From: Auanema rhodensis
Taxonomy: Eukaryota > Animalia > Nematoda
Length of the DNA stretch: 64,000 nt
Assembly (NCBI GenBank): GCA_964057225.1
Contig: OZ059899.1
Coordinates: 12,772,001 to 12,836,000, forward strand
Direction: 5' to 3'
Below are positions 55,257 through 64,000 of this stretch, piece by piece. The translations under genes and the position numbers were made by a program. Numbering within the stretch: the first letter of the stretch is position 1; each line of letters starts with the position of its first letter. The notes below the pieces were generated by a model that made no database searches, was not told the origin of the DNA, and saw nothing but the letters and a program-made list of their open reading frames with translations.

Positions 55257-58200
55257 ATGATTAGGCGATCTGGATTAGTATCGCTGTTGCTACTCCTTCC
55301 GAATGTTTTTGGTAAGTTAATCACTCATTTTTTCATTTCTCATTGCCATTTAATCTAATTTTTGTACAATTTGTAAAAATAATTCTTTTTTTTTCTTAAA
55401 TCTGTCTAAAATTCTTTTTTTTTCTTTGGAAAAGCTTTACATAGAGAAAAACGTCTGAAGCTTTAAGCTTGCTATACAACTTTGTGAAAAAAAAGTTTTT
55501 TCGCTACTTTAAAACTGTTTTTCTATTGTATAAATCAATTAATTCATTCACATATATATCTATCTATCCATATCAATGTATTTCTCTTCATCTTTCGTGC
55601 TCTATTTGGATTTCTGAATAAAGCCTGTTCCGAGCTGTCATCAAGTCTGCTGTCACTTGCGTGCACAAAGCTTTATCTGCTATCGTCTGAATATTCTTTC
55701 GATAAATCCCTTATAGAACCATTTCTCTGATGAAAAGTATTCAAATATTTTGAAAAAGAAAGCTCCCTTCTCTGAGTTTATGATGAATTTCCTGCATACA
55801 GTATTCGGTAGCAGAATCTCAAATACTCTTTCAAAGAAGAAGATGGAGAAGTTTTTCATAAAACGAGCAGTTTACTTCAATTTCGCCTACAAAAATTCAA
55901 CAACGCAAAGGTGATAAAGACTTTCCGTACAAAGCCGGAGGCAATGATGAAAATGCGCTTCTGAGATGATGAGATCACAGCTTCCTCTCGTCTCTTCTCA
56001 CGCCTTCTTCCTTTTTTCGTTTCTCGTTAGCTATTCGTCTCGCATTTTACCTCATAGCTCGTTATCCGTCTCTCTAATTTGCACTCAAAACTCTTCATCA
56101 TACATTCGTTGGTCACTAAACAGGTGAGAGAGATAGATTTCGTACGTGGCTCTTGAAGTGCGCTCTCATAATCAGAAGATGTTGACCCTTATGTGTTCGT
56201 CACATTTTCTCCCTTCTCACGCTGCTTCCAATTATTTCAATTTTTATCTCAAAAAGTACCAGAAAATCTGTTTTTTTCCGTTTCTACAAAGCTAAGATAT
56301 TCTAAAGAATTTGGATAAAATTATAGAAAATGATCACAAAAAGCTTTAGCAATCATTGTGTTTGTAGGTAATGTCGTCTATCACGATTATCAGCCATCCA
56401 CTGCATATCATACTGCTGGTGAGTGCCAAAGCACTTCAGATTACACAATCCCCATTTCCAACAACCTCATTTTATATTTCATCACAGTACCCTTCCTTCC
56501 TTAGTTTTCTGCTTAACCTCTACATACCACCCACATCTCGTTTCATCTAGCACATCGTTTTCGTTCTTCTCCCTCCTTCCTGACTCATAACATATTCAAA
56601 AATATTCTTGACCAAACCGGAATCCGGTCCTAAAACCATTCATAGAGAATGTACCTGAGTTGCTAAGCTTATTGAAACAAGCTTTAGCAGTTTGTATCTA
56701 AGGTTGTTAATCTTCAAATATAATTCAAAAGGAAAAGTTTTTGACTGTCGGAAGGAAAAGGTACGGAGAATGGAAAAAGGAAAGAATAGAACGTTTTGTT
56801 CTAACTAAGAGATAAATCAAGAGGAACGATTGAACTATAAAAGAAAATAAGAAGAAGAAAAAGAAAACGAAGGAGAAGGAGAAGCTTCTCGAACGGCTTC
56901 TTTTCATCAGTTCACCTATTTTTCCCTTTAAGTTCTATGACTGCTGTTTCAAACATTTGTCCGATTGAGAGAGAGAGAGACAACTCTTGCTCATTCTTTC
57001 TGTGTTCAATTCTATCTTGACCCTTCCTTTCGTTCGTCGACATCTCGTTTTCTTAACTCGTCTCCTATTCTTCTCAATTGTTTGCTATCTTGTCTTGCAA
57101 TGTGCGAAATCGGCTCATCCGATGCTTATTTGTCCACGACAAGGCGATTGAGAATGAGAAGGTTGAAGGATGAGAAGAAGAAGAAGAAGAAGAAGACGAC
57201 GACGACGTCGACAACGATCATGATGATGATGATGAAAATGAAGAAGACCATGAGTGTGAAACGAACAACGTTTATGTCGACGTCGCTGGCCAAATTACTT
57301 CGTTCAACGTTGAAGAATAGATAAAGCTACTTTTGCTATTCCTTATCAACAGCATTGGTTTTGTCATTACCGTGTTGTCGTTATGAACGCCGTCATCAAC
57401 GTCTATAGCTCGCGAGCAGTAGTACACTACATAGACGACAACGACATCGTTCTTATTCCACAGTTCGCACCTTTCAAGAAGGTTAGCCAAACGAAAAACG
57501 ACGGCGAGCAAACGATTGTCTGAAGTTACGTCGCAGGTCATTTTTTTTCCATTTTAAGGTTAAAAGTATCGAGAGGTAGAACACCAAACTAAAAGAAAGA
57601 AAGTGAGAGAGGAAGAGAGAGAGAGAGGGAGAGAGAGAAAGAGATCGAAAAGATGAAAGTGAACGACAAAGATTCAATTAAGGTAAAAACACATTTAAAA
57701 AAAAAGCTTATCGATCTGCTTCTGCTTAAATCAACAGTACTGTCGGATGTCTCGTTCTCGTGGACATTGTGAAGTTAACGTTTCAACTTGTCTATCATCA
57801 TTCATCTCTCACTGTTCATCAAATTCATCATACTTGCTCATCTGAAAATAGAATTTGTGATGAATACAAACGATTCTGATTGAAAAAAAGGAAGAAAAAA
57901 AGCAATTAATGTCAATATGTGAGAACGTTTCGAGAATGGATAGAGACAGCGACTGTCTGAAGCACGATTTGCAATGTTTTTTCTCATCACATTTCTTGAA
58001 TGATGTAAACTGATTGATGATCATTTGGAAATGATTATTTAGACATTCAAATAATAGACGACGTGAAAATATTTTCGGAAGGGAATTGATGACAATGAAA
58101 TGACATTCTGACAAACTAATCTGTTCGATTGTCACAATTTCGATATCAAAATGCTTTTATTTTGAAAAAATAAAATGTTTGTAAAACATTAAAAGAACAC

Positions 58201-59698
58201 AAAAAAATATTTTTAATAGTTTTGAGAATAATTAGCATATTATGTGAATAATTAGAATAATAAGTTAATGGCCAAGACTCACTAAGCTCACGTGAGACAA
58301 CGTGACTTCACGCAATACCAGCACGTATTAACTATTTCATACATTTTATTATTTCTCTCCCTCACAGACATTGATCAGTTGCATTTCTCCTGATAGCTTT
58401 TCTTAAGTTCAAATTACATTTTGTTGCCATTTCAGAATCAGCAGCTGCTTTACCATTCTCATTCAAGACATCAAGCGGTGAATTACCATTTACCTTTTCA
58501 TTCAATCCAACTGATGCTCAATCATCTCAATCTCAACAACATCAGCAACAACAACAACAGCCAATTACGTTCCATTCATACGGCTCTCAGCCACAAGTTC
58601 AATATCAACAACAAGCTGATTACAACTTCTATCCCAATCAGGTGGGTATCATATTCGTTTTACATTTTTTTTTAAATTCACATCTTATGTGTGTTTCATT
58701 CACGTTTGTAATGCTTAGGCAGCAGCCACGGCTACAGCTACGGCATATGCTGCCAATGCTGCTCAATTTGCTTCACAATTCGCTAGCCAACAGGCACAAG
58801 CTTCTGCTGCACCTACAGCTCAGATAGATCAGGCTAATTTAGCGAAGTACAGCCAATATTTGGAAATACTTCAGAAGGTAACAGACAATTTAAGCTAAAT
58901 TTTTATTTTTATTTACTAACTATGACGCCAAAGCTTATTCACGTAACCAATATCAATATACACTCGCTAAATATTTTTTTTCAGGCTTACGGCATCCAAC
59001 TTCCAGGACAACTCAGTCAGAAACCTCAACCTGCTTATCAACAGTCTAGCTATCCATCAGCTACCGCAACCAGCTATCAGGTGAGCAAACACAGTGAAAC
59101 GATCACATAACATATCATCTCTAGGGAGGAGCTGCTGCTAATTTGTATCCTTCTTTCGCTGGCCAGCCACAAACCACCTACTCTCAAACGGTCACTGATC
59201 AAACTTATGCTCAACAAGCTGCTGCCAATTCTCAAGCATATGCTCAACAGACAGCTAATGCTCAGGTATACGGGCAGGCTGCTGGAGCTCAAGCATATTC
59301 CCAACAAGCTGCTGGAACTCAAACGTATGCTCCACAAACCGCTGGAGCACAAACATATGTTCCCCAAGCTGCTTCTGCTCAGACGTATGGTCAAAATTCA
59401 GGAGCTGCTTCTTACGCACAAAATGGATATACTCAACAAAATGGAGGCTATATACAAACTACTGTACCTGCAGCTACCGCTGTATACGGTCAGAGTGCTT
59501 CTGCTGCTAGTCAAGGACAAGCTCAAGCCAATGCATACGGTCAATATGCTGGACAACAAGTGAGCCAAGCTGCAAATCAGGCTACATATGGTCAGACTTA
59601 TCCCGGCTATCAGCCAAACCCTGCTGTACAGCCAGCACAAACTGCCCAACCTGCACAACCTGGATATCCTTCAACTTATTATGGCCAACAAACTCAGC

Positions 59699-59739
<41 letters not shown>

Positions 59740-61800
59740 GCTGGAGCTCAACCAACTCAAACATATCCTACTGCTGCCCAAACAACCTATCCCGGTTTGT
59801 TATCATCCTAATGGTCATTTATTCGTTATAATATTTTCAGGACAACCAGCCCAACCAGCCTACCCACAGGCTCCAGCTCAACCAGCATACCCACCAGCCA
59901 ACTCAGGATATTCATCCAACACTTATTCCCAGGGACAAACTTATGTTCCACCAGCGACCTCTGCTTCAAGCAATCAACCTGCATATCCACAATCTGGTTA
60001 TCCATCCCAGGCTCAAACTTCATATGGACAAGCTGAAATATCTGGAAGTCACCTCTCATCCGGCCAAGGACAAGTTCCTCCAACTGCTGGACTTCCAGCA
60101 CAGCCAGCACAACCAGCTCAACCACAATCAAATTATCAAAATGCAGCATTGTCTCAAGTTTACAGTTCATACTCCCAAGGACAAGCTACACCACCACCCA
60201 AACCTCAGGTACTACATTCTTCAAATTCAGTTTGTTGTTTTCCCCGTTCATTCAAGTTAACAAGTCTTTTACCGTTATTTCACCTTGTTAAATCTAACAG
60301 AATGTTGTTTGATGTGATCCTATCCTTCAGGTTGTCACCTATAGTGGGCCAGGCAGCTGGGGAACTACTGCAGCTCCTACTCCAGTACAAGCTGCTGTAC
60401 ATCCACATCAACCAGTTCAACAGGGTGTTCAACCTCATCCTTCCGCTCAAACTGGTCTTCAACCACATCCATCCGCTTCCAGCTATTCATCAGGCCTTCC
60501 ACAGAATATGCGTCCAGCCGTAGAGGCTGTACGTCCACAATCCTCTTACAGCACTCATGTTGCTCAACCAGCATTTCCAAGTCCTGGCGCCTCATCTGAA
60601 CTTGATCGCAACAGCATTGGAGAATCTGGAGGATTTGTCAGTGGAGGAGATCAGGTAGGGTATTATCTCCAATATTGTGTATGCGTTCAAACCTTGTATT
60701 GCTCCAATTTGTTCCCTTGGGATTGCTCGTTGTCATGCATTTTCGACCCCCCGGGCAGTATATTAGACTTCCCCAAAGACAAAAAAAACTGGAAAGCAGT
60801 TTACATCTCAACTTAAAAATTCCATTTTCTGAGAAAAAACAACAATAACACTAATGGGATTAATGTTCTCAGCAACTTATAGACTGAAAATGAATATGGA
60901 TATGAAACATTTGGATCTGTGGCTACCAATCCACCACCAGTGTACACAGCTCCACCAACCACACGTCCATCTCCAAAACCCACCCGCCCACCAACCAGGT
61001 AAGCTTTAGTTTAAGGACTTATTTGAATATATCGGTGATGTATTAGACCTCCTACCACAACTACTCCTCGTCCAAGTACTCCTCGTCCTACTAAGGCACC
61101 AAATGCAGCAGCAGGCACTTCTGTTCAAGCACTAACCCAACAAGTTTGTGTTAAAAACTGCTCATCATTTTATGATTTTAATAATTCTTAGGTTAAAAAA
61201 CTTCCTGCCGTATTATATATCGATTCCCGCAATCCAAAGGCTAAGGAAACCGAAACTTTATTAAGAGATACATACGGATTACCCTTAGTAGCATTCTATG
61301 TCGATAAGGTAAATATGATAAAGCACGATACAGTCGCCTCATTGGCTCAGGGGCAGAGCGTCTGTCTAGTAAACAGAAGGTCGCTGGTTCGATTCCAGCA
61401 TGAGGCATTCTTTTTTCTGCGCAAAGTTTATTTTGAAACTAGAAAAACAGCTTGCTAAACAGCACGACAGGACAAAGTCTATTGAAATTGAATGATTTTT
61501 ATTTTCTTTCTAATAAACTTTTATTTATTTAACAGATTGAACGTCCGAAGATTGTTGAGAGACATCTACAGCAGTTGACTGCCCACAAGGGACTTCCATA
61601 TTTGTTCATTTGTGGAACTTTCATCGGAGGTACTTTACTATCAAGCTGACTTTAAACAGTACGCTTATTACAACCTCAATTTAGGCGATCAGCACATTGA
61701 GAATTATCACAAGAACGGTCAAATTCCACAACTTGTTGAGTACGTGTGTGGTGATGAGAAGAAAAAGAAGAAAACGAATGTACGAACCCTACATAACTAA
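55257..61800 (+). CDS. Secreted Q/P/A/Y-rich protein with C-terminal glutaredoxin-like domain lacking CxxC
   Basis: Signal-peptide exon MIRRSGLVSLLLLLPNVF (55257-55311) splices in phase to ESAAALPFSFK (58437). Long AQxY/QPAYP low-complexity exons with polyQ (59695-59739) and a T/P-rich stalk follow. C-terminus: LPAVLYIDSRNPKAKETETLLRDTYGLPLVAFYVDKIERPKIVERHLQQLTAHKGLPYLFICGTFIGGDQHIENYHKNGQIPQLVEYVC, a glutaredoxin pattern. Confidence 0.8.
61336..61407 (+). tRNA. tRNA-Thr(AGT), intronic
   Basis: Full cloverleaf: GCCTCAT/ATGAGGC acceptor stem, GCTC/GAGC D-stem, TCTGT-CTAGTAA-ACAGA anticodon arm, GCTGG-TTCGATT-CCAGC T-arm, discriminator A. Confidence 0.97.
61411..61416 (+). terminator. Pol III terminator of tRNA-Thr
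   Basis: T6 run 4 nt after the tRNA 3' end. Confidence 0.8.
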
Positions 61801-63100
61801 AGGAAATTGATAACAACAATCATCATTTTTTTTGTCTTTTCTCCCTCATAACTTCCCATTTGTTTTATTTATTTTTTTTGGAAGAAACACATATTAACTC
61901 GTAAGTAATCAGAGGCAAGAAGGTAACACAGCTTGATGTTGGAGATAGAAAGGAATCGAAGTATTATCATTCCTCTCCAGTAGTTGTTGCTTCTCCTTTT
62001 CCATTCTTTCTGGCCTGTCCTTCTTGATTGCTTCCATCTCTACTGTCTCTCTCTCACTCTCTCTCTCTATGGTGAACCTGTCGTTTCATGCTCAAAAGAT
62101 TCATATTTCGTTTTTTTTTCCAAGCTTCTGGTTCCTTACTTATAATACATATAGAGCATATAATATAGTCTATATTATGCGTTATAGTTTGAATGATCAG
62201 ATATTATTTATAATTATTTATTTATTTAAAAGAATTATAAGAAAAAAACGATGTTTTCAACATATTTACTATATATATATACATATATATATATATATAG
62301 AAAGATAGATAGATCTAGTTATCTATCTATATTATGCCACATTCGAATATTATATGATTTTTTTCTTATATAATATAATATAAGATTATATATTGAAAAA
62401 GGGAATTTTGTTTATTCTGTTTATGTATCTGTTGCGTGACAAACTAGCTAGGGCTATGCCTATAGGCTTCTCTTCCCGTTCATCGACTTCTAGATTCGTC
62501 TGACACATCCTTATTCTCTTCTTCTTCACCCCTTTTTCAATATTTTGTCTTTCATTTCATCCGTCTTTTCCGTCTTCATCTTCTTCTTCTTTTTGTCCAT
62601 TTCTATTCATCTTATATACTATATGTATAATGTCTAGTTAATATGTGTATAGTTAATGATATATTTTATTTTAAAAATATATATACATATAATTGATTGA
62701 CATAATAAGTTAGTTATGTATATTTGAATAGTTAACGTTTAAATATTTCTTTATATCATCATTCATATATGATCTGCTGAATATTGTTGTCTCAAAGAGA
62801 TGTTGAAATAAATTATTTCAAATATTATTTTATTTTAAACTATTATTATTATTATCTGGAATTATATTTTCTATAATATTTCTACATATACTTCAATCTA
62901 TTCACCTATTTTGCTATTTACTTTATAATTTCTTCACTTTACTACTATATGATGTGACTAACTTCATAGATTATACTCTTTACTTTCGCTCATTCACCCC
63001 CCCCCCTTCTCTCTCCCCCACTTCAACCAGTTACATCTGCTTTTTCTCATTTCTCTCTGTATTCCTGCTTCATATCGCACTATCGCAAAGTCAAATCGAA

Positions 63101-63341
63101 TCACACAGAGAGACATACACAGATAGAGCGAGAGAGAATGTTCATTTTGATTATAATCCCAATGGTTCTGCCCGAATATGGCTCAGCTAATGCTGCTGAT
63201 GGTGTGAAGGCCATGTTGGTCATGAACACAGAGTTCAACGAGTCATCATAATACCGTCTCGCCTGGCTGCAGCTACGGGGTGCCTCGGACATGCCACCTG
63301 CTCTGCGACATCGAACATGAGGATAATCCGTCTTTTCACTA
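63101..63341 (-). other. Probable terminal exon of a gene extending beyond the right edge
   Basis: GC-rich island in very AT-rich surroundings, preceded on the minus strand by ...atattAG. It is open in at least one frame (CEKTDYPHVRCRRAGGMSEAPRSCSQARRYYDDSLNSVFMTNMAF...). Product not recognised. Confidence 0.35.
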
Positions 63342-64000
63342 CTAATATGTTTCTGATCATTATCTTGTTAGTAAAACTAACAACTTATTGATGATATAAG
63401 CTTTTGCCTTTAATTTGTATGAAAGAAAGAAGAAAAAGAATAGTGATTATAGCAAAATCTTCATGTTGCAAGTACATATTTATATTTTTGTAAATGATAA
63501 TTATTTTATATTATTGAATAACTTGCTAATTTTATTCAAGTATAATATAATATATATATTATTTAATTTTTATATATTATTTATATAATATTAGTAAATC
63601 AATTTAAACGGTGATACATATGTTTTTTTTTCTTCTTAAAAAACAATTTATTAGAAAGTAAAGACATATTATTAATAATTTCTAATATATTATATAATAT
63701 AATTATAATTATAATTATATATCTACGTATATATATATTATATATAGTTTGCAAATGTATTATAATGCACAATGAGCACAGCCTCTCTCTCTCTCTCTTA
63801 TACAACCGTTTGGAAATACGTTTGATTTGAATTCACGCGTGAGCTGCAAATGTACGTGAAACACGAGTTTATGCTAATCCAGTTAATTCTCATTCCTTTT
63901 TCTTGTTTTTTTCCTTTGACAACTAAAAATAATGAGAATAGGTTTACAACGTCATTCAGAAGAATCTATCTTGTTTTGTTAAAAAATATTTTGTTTTGAA

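Noticed and set aside
18659-57677. Numerous LSLSLS / RERERE ORFs in the track
   Set aside because: Translations of (GA)n/(TC)n microsatellites, with no splice or codon support.
59077-60595. Minus-strand and alternative-frame ORFs over the Q-rich gene
   Set aside because: Shadow frames of low-complexity coding exons.
1-64000. Transposons, telomere arrays, SL/sn/rRNA genes
   Set aside because: No transposase or RT ORF, terminal repeats, (TTAGGC)n array or recognisable SL/U/5S sequence found by eye; an Rfam/RepeatMasker scan would be needed to exclude divergent copies.

Overview
AT-rich eukaryotic genomic DNA from a rhabditid-type nematode, inferred from many 40-60 nt GT-AG introns with TTTCAG-like acceptors, a cuticle collagen, a C. 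elegans-like tRNA-Thr and trans-splice-like acceptors directly before start codons. Genes were reconstructed by hand across introns, so exon boundaries are approximate. 1-12.3 kb is a compact cluster: a cuticle collagen with a long GGY/Ala-Pro repeat tail (running off the left edge), cdo-1, thoc-3, a stand-alone OPRT, mrps-6 (probable operon on the minus strand), a peroxisomal acyl-CoA thioesterase, atg-4 and CCDC86. 12.6-64 kb is gene-sparse and rich in (GA)n microsatellites. It holds a Cys-rich type I membrane protein, a PR-domain plus CCHC zinc-finger protein of the Friend-of-GATA/U-shaped type flanked by GATA-site clusters, IQGAP (pes-7) with an intronic TCACGTGA array, SLC25A42, a probable decayed chemoreceptor, and a secreted Q/P/A/Y-rich protein ending in a glutaredoxin fold without CxxC that hosts an intronic tRNA-Thr(AGT). 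No transposase, rRNA or CRISPR was seen. Most short ORFs in the supplied track are microsatellite or intron read-through artefacts.
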